Assembly: GCA_951406725.2 (NCBI GenBank)
Contig: OX597814.1
Location: forward strand, 114,266,001 to 114,330,000
Direction of reading: 5' to 3'
Length of the DNA: 64,000 nucleotides
Origin: Octopus vulgaris
Taxonomy: Eukaryota
A program made the position numbers and the translations under genes. Of the stretch, positions 27,386 through 41,699 are shown piece after piece. How positions within the stretch are numbered: the first letter of the stretch is position 1; the number at the start of each line of letters is the position of its first letter. The notes under the pieces were generated by a model that was not told where the DNA came from, ran no database searches, and saw nothing but the letters and a program-made list of their open reading frames with translations.

Positions 27386-28658
27386 CAGCAGCTGGAGTTA
27401 GGAATAAATTTGATTTGATTTGATTTTGATCAGACTTAAAAAAAAAAAAATACAGGGTCAATTCATTTAACCAGAATTCTTTACGGCAGTGCTCCATTAT
27501 GGTCGCAATCTAATGACTGAAATGAGGTAAAAAATAGAAGATCTCAAGACATGAATTCCATTCAAGCAAATGACTATCATTTGCATGACACTGATAAACC
27601 TCACGACAGATAAAACATTCCTGTTGTTCTCTTGAGTCATTGCAGCAATGAGGTTCATCTCACTCTAATATATAGAAAGTGAAGATGGTGAACTGGCAGA
27701 AACATTAGCATGCTGGGCAAAATGCTTAGTGGTATTTCGTCTGTCTTTACGTTCTGAGTTCAAATTCCACCAAGGTTGGCTTTGCCTTTCATCCTTTCAG
27801 GGTTGATAAATTAGGTACCAGTTGTGTACTGGGGTCGATCTAATCAACTAGCCTCCTCACCAAAATATTTCTAGGCATTGTGCCTAGAGTAGAAAAGGTT
27901 ATCTTTTTAAAGGTAGCGAGCTGGTAGAAACAATAGCATGCCGGGTGAAATGCTTAGCAGTATTTTGTCTGTCTTTGCGTTCTGAGTTCAAATTCCACCT
28001 AGATCAACTTTGCCTTTCATTCTTGCGGAGTTGATAAATTAGGTAGCAGTTGCATACTGGGTCGATCTAATTGACTGGCCCCGCTCACCAAAATATTTCT
28101 AGGCCTTATGCCTAGAGTAGAAAAGAATAAATAGAAAGTGATTTTATCACAAGATATATTAAAAGATTTTATCTCAGACAAAAACCAGAGCATTATGCCT
28201 CTTAACAGTGTATATACTTCTAGTAAGATTCACAGATGACGATTTATGTAAGAAATTAATAAATTAGTAAAACTAATACATTTTGATGAGAAAGTAAATT
28301 CCATATCGTTAGGATAAAACAGATTAAAAATCAAACATCCGTTTAGACATCAAGTTGTAGTTTATCTATTTTATTTGTGTGTGTAGAATTTATAAACTTC
28401 CAATGATTGTCTAGCATTTAAAATCAAAAAGCATTGCGGAATTTTTTTTTTTTTTAAATCAATATCTATTGTAAACAAATCGTTTTAGTGAATTTCCCTT
28501 AGAATTATTTTGGTGAAATATTGGATTTATACTTGGTCTGGTTGATGATTTTGATCTGAGGCCGTGTATTGAAACTAAAACAATAACAGCATTGAATACA
28601 CATATCAACCATTCAAAGAACATAAAAACTGTTAACTTCACTCAAACATTTATTATCA

Positions 28659-28805
28659 TAATAATAATAATAATAATAATGGTAATAATAATAATAATGA
28701 TAATAATAAAATAGTAATAATAGTAATGATAATAATAAAATAGTAATAATAATAATAATAATAAAATAATAATAATAATAATAAAATAGTAATTATAATA
28801 ATAAA

Positions 28806-28862
<57 letters not shown>

Positions 28863-28910
28863 TAGTAATAATGATAATAAAATAGTAATAATAATAATAA
28901 TAATAATAAA
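28659..28910. repeat. Long (AAT)n microsatellite
   Basis: ~250 nt of interrupted AAT. Confidence 0.95.
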
Positions 28911-30269
28911 TGTTTAAATGAAGTTTTTGTTAATAATAATTAATATTCTTTCATGCCGTAATTGTTTATTTTATTAAGAGATAGTTACAAACTAATTTTT
29001 TTTTTAAATGAGTAAATGAAAAAAAAATTCCTTTCAGCATTGATAAAAAAATTTCGAAATGTGATTTTAATTAAAATTCCTGTTTATTTCTTTAATAAAC
29101 ATCATTAGAGACTGAAGTTCATTAAACACATCAACATACAAACCGCCAAGTTTGAGAGAGTTGTTTCCCTTACTCTTTTGTATTTTGATATTTATGTGAC
29201 GATAAAGTCGCAGAGAGTTCTTTCCCTTAGATTTCTTAACGCATTTCAGAAACGTCGTTTCTGTGAATGTATGAATGAGTGTGTATGCTTTGTTGCGTGT
29301 GCGTGCATGCATGTGCACGCAGGGTGCGTAACTTAGTTGAGGACAGATTTATGTTTATAAAAAAAAAACATACTATCAAATAGTAACTTTATTTATCAAA
29401 AATGCAATGGAGGTAAAATTAAACCTTTTCTATAATGTTATTCAATAAAGCTACCTTCAGCGTCAACAACGGTTTCTATATGAGATCTAAATCATCTTCA
29501 TGCTCGAATCAAGTGGTCCTGATTCATTTTGGACATTACTCTGATTGTGGCTGCTTTCAAAGAATCTTTGGTGTTACGGGCATGTTCATTGACGTCTCTC
29601 TCAACATTATCTGTTTTGGCATGGTTTTTTTGGCTGGGTGTCCTTCCTGATGCCAACAAATACGTTTGACCCTTAGCCTTTAAACTAGCCATATTTGGCA
29701 TAAATATTCAACAAGGTTCATATTCAAGCTGTCTAGATCTGGCCTCTTACACCTACTCTACAATGTCATTCTAAAAATAAACAATCGTGTCATTCAACTC
29801 CCAAAGCTATGAGATAATGCACAATTACTTCAGAACATCATCATCATTTAACATCCGTTATCCATGCTGGCATGAGTTGTGAACAAATAAGTATTATATT
29901 TGACAGAACAATCAAAATGCTAAAGACTTAAGCAAGAGACAAATATATTTAAGAATGAAGAATCATCATCATCATCGTTTAACGTCCGTTTTCCATGCTA
30001 GCATGGGTTGGACGGTTTGACCGGGGTCTGGTAAGCCATGGACGCTGTACTAGGCTCCAGTCTGATTTGGCAGTGTTTCTACAGCTGGATGCCCTTCCTA
30101 ATGCCAACCACTCTGAGAGTGTAGTGGGTGTTTTTTACGTGCCACCGGCACAGGGGCCAGAGCAGGCTGGTAAACGGCCACAATTGGTTGGTGCTTTTAC
30201 GTGTCACCGACACGGATGCCAGTCAGGCGGCGCCGGCATAGAATAAATTAAGAATATTGTTTAACTCAC

Positions 30270-30356
30270 GTCTTTGTCTTTGACAGATGGTTTCTCAACT
30301 GTTGCTTCATCTGTACTCTTTTGTACTTCTTTAACATTCTTAATGAGATTTTCTTT
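30270..30356 (-). CDS. STK36: STK36 probable coding exon 8 (KENLIKNVKEVQKSTDEATVEKPSVKDKD)
   Basis: tttcAG acceptor, GTGAGT donor, 87 nt open, phase 0-0; low-complexity linker. Confidence 0.72.
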
Positions 30357-30717
30357 CTGAAAGCAGACAATCACACAACTTCTATTTCAATAATTAATCT
30401 TTAGTAACAATAAACAAAAAAGTTATTCAGCTTTAAATTGGAGTCTAAAAGCTATTAATTTAACAAAACAAATTCTCTTTATGTGTATGTTTCTGCATGT
30501 GCATGTATTCGTGCATGTGCTTTTTTGTGTATGTGTGTTTATGCCTGTGTTTTACCTCTGCCTACACTTGGCAACTGTCAGTGTGTTTACATCTCCATAA
30601 CTTAGCAGGTCAGCAAAAAGAGACTGACAGAATAAGTACCAAGAAAAAAAAAATTGCACTCAACTAAAATCCACATGGAAACAAGTAACAGATAGAAGAT
30701 AAAATAAAAGCATTCAC

Positions 30718-30878
30718 CTTCCGTTTCTCTTCATTGGCCTTTCTTTGAGCTTTTGCCAAGATCTTTGGAACCCCAGGTGGCCGCCTCCGCTCTTTGATCT
30801 GTTGCTCCTTTTTTAATACCATTGAAGCAGTGAGTGGCTGAGTGAATGGGCTTGGGCGCTTCATGTCTTCTTCGGTCA
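30718..30878 (-). CDS. STK36: STK36 coding exon 7 (VTEEDMKRPSPFTQPLTASMVLKKEQQ...KANEEKRK)
   Basis: 161 nt, phase 1-0. Acceptor is the first AG (AAG) after a poly-T tract; donor GTGAAT. The PFT motif resembles the STK36 post-kinase region. Confidence 0.8.
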
Positions 30879-32498
30879 CTTCAATCGTATTTCGGAGATA
30901 AAAAAAAAAGAAATTAGAAATATTATTACAACATTTAGGTTTTGTGTGGAAGTGCATGGCTTAGTGGGTAGGGTGTTGGGCTCATGGTTTTAAGATTGTG
31001 ATTTCAATTCCTGGACCAGGCAATGCATTGTGTTTTGAGCAAAACACTTCATTTCATGTTGCTCCAGTCCACTCGGCTGATAAAGATGAGTAAACCTGTA
31101 ATGGACTAGGGTCTTATCCGAGGAGGAACATATACGCCAGAGAAACCAGGAAACAAGCCCTATGCCCCTTACAGAGTAATGTGAAGTAACTATTTAGGTT
31201 TTTAAGGTTTTTAAAGAAGAGGCAGCAACATGATCACTTCTTAAATCCCATTTTACAATTAGATTTAAATTGACCTGACAAATGAAGCGAGTTCATGGCT
31301 CACAGGATGGCCTACTGTGCTTGGATCGTAGAGTGACCCGCTGTTCTTGAGGAGACCTATTGAGTCAAGTATGTCAACACCAACATCAAAATGAAAATCA
31401 AATGGAAATTGTAGTTAAGATACCCATGCTGGTGACACGTTAAAAGCACCGTCCAAATGTGGCTGATGCCAGCGACGCCTGACTGGCATCCATGTCGGTG
31501 ACACGTAAAAGCACCAACCAATCGTGGCCGTTTGCCAGCCTCTTCTGGCCCCTGTGCTGGTGGCACATAAAAAGCACCCACTATACTCACGGAGTGGTTA
31601 GCATTAGGAAGGGCATTCAGCTGTAGAAACACTGCAAGATCAGATTGGAGCCTGGCGTAGCCTTCTGGCTTCCCAGACCCCGGTCGAACCGTCCAACCCA
31701 TGCTAGCATGGAAAACAGACGTTAAATGATGATGAGGAGGATGATGACCTCTATTACTTGACCCAAGGCCAATACTTATAAATAAGCAGTCATGAACAAT
31801 AGAGCCAAATGGCACCTGTTCTATCAACTGGAGAGATGAAAGGCAGGAAATAAAATCAAATCAATCTCAGTAGGATTTGAACTTGGAACAGAGAGGGACA
31901 AAACTAATTACTGCAAGACCTATCAGTCATTGGGTATAAAATTATGGTCAGCAAAAACCTATTTTGAAATCCAAATTTTGCAAATGCTGCCAATAAAATG
32001 TGATGTCTATTCTGGTAATATAATTAGGAAACATATGACCACCACTACCATCATCATCCATGCAGGGGTCAAAGCAAATTCATTAAAGTAGATCTGCTAT
32101 ATCTGGATGCCTTTCCTGTTACTAACACTCATATGTATCTAATCTATGTCGTGTCCTTGAGTGGAACTTATAAGAACCTATTGAAAGAAGCCACCAAGAT
32201 ATAAACTGTTACCAGACTGTCAACAGGGATCTCCTTCACTAAACAAACACTGGAGCAGCATACTGACAATGGTCAAAATTGTCTCTGGAAATGTCTGCTG
32301 GGGTGCTTTGACTGGTTTATGGGTCTCACAATGTTGGAAAATCATGTTCACAACCGTATATGTCTTTTATGGAGAGGAAGAACCTATTTTACATAATAAC
32401 AGGAAACACAGACTCTGACACAGCTGTCTTAAAGTTCTGACAGCAATGGAACTAGTTACCATTGAAACTTAATGTAGTAAATAACAACAAAAATAATT

Positions 32499-32842
32499 AC
32501 ATTATTTACATTTGACGAATATTTGTCCTCATCTTGTTTGTTGTTAACACAACGTTTCGGCTGATATACCCTCCAGCCTCCATTGAGTGCGTTGGGGAAA
32601 TTTCACACCTGGATTCTCATTTCTAAGGTATTTTTTGATGTTATCATTAATATTATTATTAATATTATTATTATTAATATTATTATTAACCACTATGCCA
32701 TATGCCCACGGGCATATGGCGTAGTGGTTAAGAGCATGAGCTACTAATCCCAAGATTCCGAGTTCGATTCTAGGTAGTCACCTGAATAATAATAATAATA
32801 ACAACAACAACATTGAAAAATACCTTAGGAACAAGAACCCCA
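32499..32842. mobile_element. Palindromic tRNA-head/hammerhead element, copy B (partial)
   Basis: Centre atatgccc-ac-gggcatat at ~32708; full head 32710-32783; left-arm hammerhead with degenerate CUGA core. Confidence 0.75.
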
Positions 32843-33177
32843 ATGTTTCACTGGTACTTAATTTATTGACTTGAAAAGATGAAAGGCAAAGTCAACCTTA
32901 GTAGAATTTGAACTCAGAATGTGAAGACAAAATACCACTACGCATTTTACCCAGCGCTCTAATGATTCTGCCAGCTCATCACCATAATAATAATAATGAT
33001 AATGATTTATTTATCAACCACAAGTAGTTACATTAAGAAAAGCATTATGGATAGCACAGGCCAAAACAAAGAATCTGTGTGTGTATGCATGTATGAGTGT
33101 GTATTGTTGTGAGGGTTTTGCATGTAAACAAGGCTAACAAAATTTTTTTTTAAATCAAAAAAAGAAAGAAATCAACA

Positions 33178-33224
<47 letters not shown>

Positions 33225-33787
33225 CCCTGATGCAGTACCAGGCAGTGGCTCTCATGAGTTCTGATCTTAACTAACTGGAAGTGTTATCATGAACATTGCT
33301 TTGTCATGGTATAAAAGATGGGCTACAGCAAATATTCTGCTCAATACCACAGATTTGCTTGTCAGTTGTTTGACCTTAACCAGATGACCATGTCCTTTAG
33401 TGGCTGACGATGTGTGCATCTCTGATCATGAGCAGAAGTAGTGGGGGAGCATCATAGCCATGTGTTGAGAGGGATTCTTTGGAGTTTGAATAATTCACCT
33501 CTGGAAACATGAGTGTTCAACATCCTTAAACAACTGTTATTCAGGGACCTTTTGAGCAGGATGGGCTACTCGACCAGAAGAAAATTCTGACTGGGCCCCA
33601 CCTGCAAGGTGCGCTGTTTATCTTGATATGAGATCACCATGTTGTGCAAATATGGTTGTGATGCATGTGCCTGGTGTACCCTTATCGGACAGGTAGTCAT
33701 GATGGGTATACTGGGCTTTGTATATTTTACCCCAGTGTCACTTTAATGGCATGAAAATAATAATAATAATATAAATAACATATTCAC

Positions 33788-34014
33788 CATGAATTCCATT
33801 GGAAATAAAAGGATGAGCGAGTAATTCTGGCCAAGATAGTCGATTTTGACAATTTTTTGAAAGCAAGCCTTGTAAAAAATCCTTAAAGATTGGACTCATA
33901 TTTTTTGGCCATGGTACAGGATCTTTAACAATTAGACTTGCCAGCTGGAAGATATTGTTTGTATAAAATGGAGGCATCCCCGTATATAATTCATATAAAA
34001 TACAGCCAAGAGCC
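33788..34014 (-). CDS. STK36: STK36 coding exon 6 ([17 protein letters not shown]...[17 protein letters not shown]), end of kinase domain
   Basis: 227 nt, phase 2-1, completes the TG|G Trp codon; subdomains IX-XI. Confidence 0.94.
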
Positions 34015-35557
34015 CTGAAATGAAAATGTAAAAGTTATGAAGAAACTACTTGGCAAGAAATATTTTGATTTAGTCAGTCATCGCACACTTTTCCATGTTT
34101 ATGTGAGTCAGACAGAATTTGATGAGGCAGGTTTTCTACAGCTGGATGCATTTCCTGTCACCAACCATCATCTATATCCCAGTGAAGCAATATTTCCACA
34201 TGACCAACATATTTTCATGGAAGATTGAAATTCAATATTGCTTGTAGAACAGTGGTGTTTCTTTATAACCAGCATGTGATGTCAAGCAGACACACAGTAT
34301 ATGATGGCATAAAAGATACATGGGCATGTTAGACATCTTCATTTCAGCAGTGGATATTCAAGGTAAAAAGTTTTCAGTGCATTAAAGCTTATGGGAGACC
34401 TAACTTCACATATAAGACCCAGGGTGAATTTTTTTATCTAAAACATTTTAGGAGGTAAAAAAGGGATTTTATATGCCACCAAATAAGGGTACTAGCATTT
34501 ATCAAGTCTTGTTTAAAATCATCCTCACCACATCATCTTCAGTTTATTTTTCCACATCAATTGCGCCCATGTTGGTAGCATGTAAAAAGCACCCATTATA
34601 TTCTTGGAGTGGTTGGCATTAAGAAGGGCATCTAGCCATAGAAAGCATGCCAAATCAGGCTGGAACCTGGTGCAGCTCCCTGGCTTGCCAATTTTCAGGC
34701 AAACCATCCAACCCATAGCCAGCATGGAAAACAGACGTTACATGATGATGATGGCCACGGTAATATAATAATTATGATACTGATAATGAAGATGAAAGTG
34801 ATGGTGACAAAGATGATTATGCTGGTATTTAATCTGATGTTTACAACAGCGGAGTAGGCTGTTGTCTCTTCTTGTTATCACTTTATAGCTGGATACCCAA
34901 CCCATAGCCAACCTGAGTGCTGCATTTTATCATGTTACAGGCATTACAAGAGTTATCTGCTATCAGAGATAAAGGGCTCCCCCTACTCTGTCTACATGTG
35001 TGTATATGTGTTGTGTGTGCACATGTGTGTGTACATGTCTGTGCATTCTTGCAATTGTGCATGTGTGTACATACACGTGCATCAGTGCATATGTGTATGT
35101 GTGCATGTTTATGTTTTGTGCAAAAGTAATTTCCACATGGCTCCATTAACACCACCCGAGTGGAAAACTGTTTGTTTAAATTCTCTTCTCCAGTAAGTAA
35201 AAAGTACTGTTGTTTTGTTTTGTGTGTGTGTGCGAGTGCACGTTTGTGTGAATGTGCATTTGTGCGAGCATGTGTTTGAGCAAGTGCGCGTTTGTGCGAG
35301 CATGCATTAGTGCGAGCACGTTTGTGTGAGTGTATGTTTGTGTGAGTGTGTGTGTGTGTGTGAGTGTGTGATGGTGGAGGGGGCAGTGGACTAATCCCCT
35401 ATTTGGAAAACGGGTCAAAGGAGCATCTAACCACAGAAAATTTGCCTCAACAAGTTCTGTCTAGTTCATACCATCATGGAAGAAAACACATGTAAAAACA
35501 AACAAAAAGGAGACTTTTGAGTTAAAATTCAATATTATTTACAAATTATTTCCTTAC

Positions 35558-35625
35558 CAAAGATCTGCATTGTGGTCATAAGGCTGTTCTTCAACGATTT
35601 CAGGAGCCATATAAAGAGGTGTTCC
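35558..35625 (-). CDS. STK36: STK36 coding exon 5 (GTPLYMAPEIVEEQPYDHNADLW)
   Basis: APE motif; 68 nt, phase 0-2, canonical splice sites. Confidence 0.94.
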
Positions 35626-36752
35626 CTACAGAGAAATAATTATGTACAAACTGTGACAGGAAAAAAATACTGAACTTGTCATTAAATATCAGCTTCTCTA
35701 GGTTTATGTTTGAATATTTTCATATATAGGCACGGGAGTGGCTGTGTGGTAAGTAGCTTACTTACCAGCCACATGGTTCTGGGTTCATTCCCACTGCATG
35801 GCACCTTGGGCAAGTGTCTTCTACTATAGCCTTGGGCCGACCAAAGCCTTGTGAGTGGATTTGGTAGAACGAAACTGAAAGAAGCCCATCATATATATGT
35901 ATATATATGTATGTATGTGTGTGTGTATATGTTTGTCCCCCCAACATTGCTTGACAACCGACGGTGGTGTGTTTACATCCCAGTAACATAGAAGTTCAGC
36001 AAAAAAGAGCAATAGAATAAGTACTAGGCTTCCAAAGAATCAGTCCAGGGGTCGATTTGCTCAACTAAAGGCGGTGCTCCAACATGACCGCAGTCATATG
36101 ACTGAAACAAGTAAAGAGAGTAAAGAGTAATATACACACACACACACACACATATCTTACATATCTTCTACTTGTTCTAGTCAAGGAACTGCAGCCATGG
36201 CTGGGGCACTGCTTCGAAGAGTTTAGATCTGTGGGTTTCAACCAGAGTGTCCAAATGGCCCCTGAGGGTCCATATAAGATTTTGTTGTTAAAATTAATCT
36301 GTCATAAACACACAAATTTTTTTATACATCATCATCATCATTTAGCACCCATTGTCCATGCTGGCATGGGTTGGACAGTTTGATCAGGGCTGGCAAGCTG
36401 GAAAGCTGAACCAGACAACAGATGTTAAATGATGGTGATGATGACATGCATGTGCACACACACACACACGCACACACACAGTATAATTTTAACATTAACT
36501 TTTGTTTCCTATACATGCAAAGCTATGGGTGAAAAGTAGTAATATCAATAACAAGAGATTAATTAGCAAAGCACCTAAGGATAGTCATAAAATAATAATA
36601 GTGTACATAATAAGTCCTTAATTTTTTCAGTCTTCTCACTTCCAAATGTTATATCAGGGAAAATTACTTTTAACATAGAGCAAGTAGACATATATATAAT
36701 GATTCAATTAAAATTTATCATGTAATTGTCAGGGAATAACATTAAGCAGTAC

Positions 36753-36932
36753 CTTTACAGATGTAAGAACCAGCGTGTTAAAACCCATCGCTCGTGCAAA
36801 TCCAAAATCACAAAGTTTTATCGTTTCTCCTTTGGCCAATAAAATGTTTTGGGGTTTCATGTCACGATGCAAAATTCGATGGGAATGAAGATAATAGAGA
36901 GCAGACACCAACTGACAGGCAATATGCTGTAC
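36753..36932 (-). CDS. STK36: STK36 coding exon 4 ([60 protein letters not shown])
   Basis: HRDMKPQN catalytic loop and DFG; 180 nt, phase 0-0. Confidence 0.96.
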
Positions 36933-37941
36933 CTGAAAATGAAGAAGAGTGAAATGGAAGTAAAAGAGGAAAATGGGAATTTAGAGAAGAAACATCAGTT
37001 TATTTCAGTGAATATACTGATTAGGGATAACACCTGTGAAGCAGGTTTATATTATTATCATCATCATTTAACGTCCGATTTCCATGCTAGCATGGGTTGG
37101 ACGATTTGACTGAGGACTGGCAAACCAGATGGCTGCACCAGGCTCCAATCTGATCTGGCAGAGTTTCTACAGGTGGATGCCCTTCCTAACACCAACTACT
37201 CTGAGAGTATAGTGGGTGCTTTTACGCGCCACCGGCACGAGGGCCAGTCAGGCAGTACTGGCAACAGCCATGCTCAAATGGTGCTTTTTACGTGCCACCA
37301 GCACAAGAGCCAAGCCATGCAAATAACAAATTTAGTTTCAATAACTTATCTTTTATCTTTTACTTGTTTCAGTCATTGGACAACGACCATACTGGAGCAC
37401 TGCCCCAAAGATTTAGTCCAACAAATCAAAACCAGTACTCTTTTCTTTTTTTTTAAAGTCTGGTATTTATTCTATTGGTCTTTTTGCTGAACTACTAAGA
37501 ACATGGGTGTAAACAAACTGACACCAGTTGTCAAGAAGTGGCAGGGACAAACACACGCATGCACACACACCATCATCTTCATTTAACCTCTGTGCTCCAT
37601 GCTGACATGAGTTGGACAGTTTGACGAGACCTGATGGGTCCAAGGACTACATTGTACTCCAAGTGTCTGCTCTGGCATAGTTTCTGCAGCAGCATGCTCT
37701 TCTTCCTAACACCAACCACTGCACTACAAAATGTACTGGATGCATTTTTTTCATGCCACCAGCAGTATACATACATATGACAAGCTTCTTTCAGGCAAAT
37801 TCGTTCACAAGACTGGTCAACCTCAAGCTATAATAGAAGCCACTTGCCCGAGGTGACATGCAGTGGAATTGAACCTAAATCCACACTGCTGCAAAGTGAG
37901 CTTCTTAACCATACAAGAATAGCTGGAAAGTATTTTCTTAC

Positions 37942-38019
37942 CTGATCTTCTGGCAAAGATCCGTCATCTTCAAGGATTTGGTAAAGTTCTCCATCAGCGT
38001 AGTCCATTACAACAACAAA
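37942..38019 (-). CDS. STK36: STK36 coding exon 3 ([26 protein letters not shown])
   Basis: AG/GT flanked, 78 nt, hinge region matching STK36 GELFQILEDDG. Confidence 0.93.
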
Positions 38020-38149
38020 CTGTAAACAGAAGGAAACTAATGCTTAAACCATGTCTGTCATATTACAACAGATTTTAGAAGTAACACACAAACATGTGTA
38101 GATATATGTAAGTCAATAAATACATCTGTGTGTATATCTATATGTATGA

Positions 38150-38256
38150 GGTACAAAGTCAGAAAACAGCACAGCTCCCATGACTTTCAGAAACATCTTT
38201 TCACATTCAGAGTTGCTGAAGCATGGAACAAACTACCTTCATCAGTTGTTAGTTGC
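38150..38256 (+). mobile_element. Small fragment of the same CR1-like LINE
   Basis: Matches the reverse complement of ~26333-26435. Confidence 0.7.
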
Positions 38257-39669
38257 AAAAAAGGGTTCTAGTTGATCCGATCAACGGAACAGCCTGCTCA
38301 TGAGAGTAACATGCAAGTGGCTGAGCACTTTACAGACCTGTGTACCCTTAATGTAGTTCTCAGGGAGATTCGGTGTGACACAGAGTGTGACGAGGCTGCT
38401 CCTTTGAATTACAGACAGAACAGAAACAGGAAGAAAGAGAGAAAGTTGTGGTAGAAGAATACAGCAGGGTTCGACACCACCCACTGCTGGAGCCTCGTGG
38501 AACTTTAGGTGTTTTCACTCAATAAACACTCACAATGCCTGGTCTGGGAATCGAAACCGTGATCCTATGACCGTGAGTCCTCTGCCCTAACCACAGAGCC
38601 ATTGCGCCTCCACATAAAAGTAGTATATAACTGTTATCTTACCTGTTATATGATAACGTTCTTTCCAATTTATATAGTAGTTAATTTGTTTTAGTTTGTT
38701 ATTTTTCGAAAGTTTCATTTTAAAGTGTAAAGCCTTCGAGAATTTTATTTTAACACCTATTAATTTTATATATTGAATTTATAAAATCATATTGATGTTT
38801 GAATTATAGGAAAATAAGCTGAACATGAAAGTAACTTGGTGCATCTTTTGTATTGATTATCAACTGTGCTTTAAGATATAAAGGCAATCATGAGATTTTA
38901 ATTTAAAGATTTTGGTAACATTATTATAAAAAAAATAATGAAGTAGCCATGAACCAGTCAGAGAAAAATCTATGATTGGGTCATTTGTCCTGCTAAACAT
39001 AACAGCTGAATTTTTCTGAAATCACACCTAATTCTCTTCAACAAAGAAGGATACAGATATTCTATCACCGTTAAAAAGAGGAAATGGTTACTGCTAGGAC
39101 ATTTTTGGTCAAAGAAATTCGAAAATTCAATGACTGGCGTCCGTGCTAGTGGTGTGCAAAGAGCACCATATGAGTGTGATCGTTGACAGAGCGCCTAACC
39201 AGCTTCTGTGCCAGTGGCACTTAAAAGGCACCATTCGAGTGTGATCGTTACCAGCGTTGCCTTACTGGCACTCGAGCCCCGTGCTAGTAGGGCGCTAAGA
39301 GCACCATCCAAGCATGATCGTTGCGAGAGCGGCTACCTGGGCTCTGTGCCGGTGGCATGTAAAAGGCACCATTCAAGAACGATCATTACCAGCATCGCCT
39401 TACTGGCCCCGTACCAGTGGCATGTAAAAGCACCCACTACACCCTCGTAGTGGTTGGCATCAGGAAGGGCATCCAGGTGTAGAAACTCTGCCAGATCAAG
39501 ATTGAAGCCTGGTGTAGCCATCTGGTTCGCCAGCTCTCAGTCAAAATCGTCCAACCCATGCTAGCATGGAAGGCGGACATTAAATAATGATGATGATCAA
39601 AGAAACGGGTCAAAAGAATAATATAATCTGAAAATAACCCTACAAAGGTGTCTGTAATGATATACTGAC

Positions 39670-39810
39670 CTCTTCTTCTGTCTCAAAGCTGTCCAAGAGT
39701 TGTACAATGTTTTTATGTTGCAAGCCTCTCATTATCTCTATTTCTTGGGAAAGCACTCGTAGTTCCCGCTCGGATTTGCCAAGTTTTGTAATAAACTTCA
39801 ATGCTACAAC
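39670..39810 (-). CDS. STK36: STK36 coding exon 2 ([47 protein letters not shown])
   Basis: AG/GT flanked, phase 0-0, 141 nt; VALK lysine and alphaC glutamate. Not in the ORF track. Confidence 0.93.
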
Positions 39811-40170
39811 CTAACAAATTGAACATTTGGAGAATAAAATGTCTGATTAATAAACAAAAGTTTCAGAGCCAAAGTCAATAGAATTTACATTTACACTTAA
39901 ACAGTATCAGGAAAGGTGTATATATGCATATATTTGAATACTCATATTAGTCTTTTACTTGTTTCAGTCATTTGACTGTGGCCATGCTGGAGCACCGCCT
40001 TTTTTAGTCAAGCAAATCGACCCCAGGACTTAATCTTTGTAAGCCTAGTACTTATTCAATTGGTCTCTTTCGCCGAACCGCTAAGTTACGAGACATAAAC
40101 ACACCTGCATCGGTTGTCAAGTGATGTTGGGAGGACAAACACAGACACACAAACATATATACACACACAC

Positions 40171-40222
<52 letters not shown>

Positions 40223-41473
40223 TATGACGGGCTTCTTTCAGTTTCTGTCTACCAAATCCACTCACAAGGCTTTGGTCAGCCCGAGGCTATAGTAGAAGAC
40301 ACTTGCCCAAGGTGCCACGCAGTGGGACTGAACCTGGAACCATGTAGTTGGGAAGCAAGCTACTTACAACACAGCCACTCCTGCGCCTCTTTATTTAGTT
40401 TGTTTCTCTATTTTCTTATTTGTATTATATATATTAAACAGCAGTGCATCAGCATGGCTGCAGCCCTGAGCAGAAACTAGAGAGAGAATATATCTCTATA
40501 TTATAAATCTAAAATGTGAAAAGTTTGTTTGTTTGTCTGGTTTTGGCATTGAGAACGGGTTAAAGGCCACTAGATCCCATCGGATTGACTCCAAAATTTA
40601 CAGGGACATGTAAAATGAGGTGAGGATGCCAGTGGGCTAGGTTAGAAATCCCTATCTTAAAAGGTGTCGTTGCTAGGGCCAAAAACGCACTTTAACAAGT
40701 CTACTCTCATTCTTTTATGTATCTGTCTTCCTCCGTCACTCACTCTCTTCCCTTCCCATCACTTTCTATATATAACGTCGTTTAACAGCATCTAACTCCC
40801 CTTCACTTTCTCTTTATAACATCGTCAAACAGCATTCTATATCTCCCCCTCACCGCCTTCAACAGCACTTTCACACTCTCTCTCTCTCTACGTCTGTCTG
40901 CATTCATAGACAGAATTATCATTGCCACCACCACCACACAATCACGAGAACAAATATTATGAATCAGATATTTATTGGGTTAATATATATATATATGTGT
41001 GTGTGTGTGTTCTATATATAAATAGGTATATTAAACTTTTTAATACTTTTTGATAGTTATATTTTTTTTTTTTAATTTATAAATATAAATTAATAATTTT
41101 AATTTTAAATTTAAATAATTTAAATTTTTTAATTTTATATTTTATATATTTTGTACATTATATTTTTATTTTTATGTTTTCGTTTATGTTTTTCACTGTT
41201 TGATTTGCCTAATAGTGGTTTTATCTCTAATTTAATTTGCGCGGGTAAGAGTGTTGTTGTTATTTTCTGTTGCATCCTTTTGGCACGTAAAAAGCACTAT
41301 CCGAACGTGGCCGATGGCAGCGCTGCCTTGACTGGCTTCTGTACCGGTGGCACGTAAAAAGCACCAACCGATCGTGGCCGCTGCCAGTGCCTCTCCCCCC
41401 GTGGCACGAAAAAAGCACCCACTACAATCACGGAGAGGTTGGTGTTAGGAAGGGCATCCAGCTGTAGAAACAC

Positions 41474-41699
41474 TGTGTGTGTGTGTAAAATGTGCTTCCA
41501 CAATTTTCATCTGACATTTACTCATAAGATATTGGTCAGAGCTATAGTAGAAAATACTTACCTGGGGCTGCTATAAGTGCCTAGAGCAAATATCTTCTAT
41601 AGCAGCCCCAGGTAAGTGTTTTCTACTATAGTTCTGACCAATATCTTATGAGTAAATGTCAGATGAAAATTGTGGAAGCACATTTTACACACACACACA
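41474..41699. repeat. Near-perfect fold-back palindrome (~102-bp arms, 22-nt loop)
   Basis: 41474-41575 is the reverse complement of 41598-41699 with 2 mismatches. Confidence 0.92.

Noticed and set aside
32710-32783. Functional tRNA gene
   Set aside because: A/B boxes are present but acceptor and T stems pair poorly; it is a repeat head. The same applies to the heads near 42752 and 52688.
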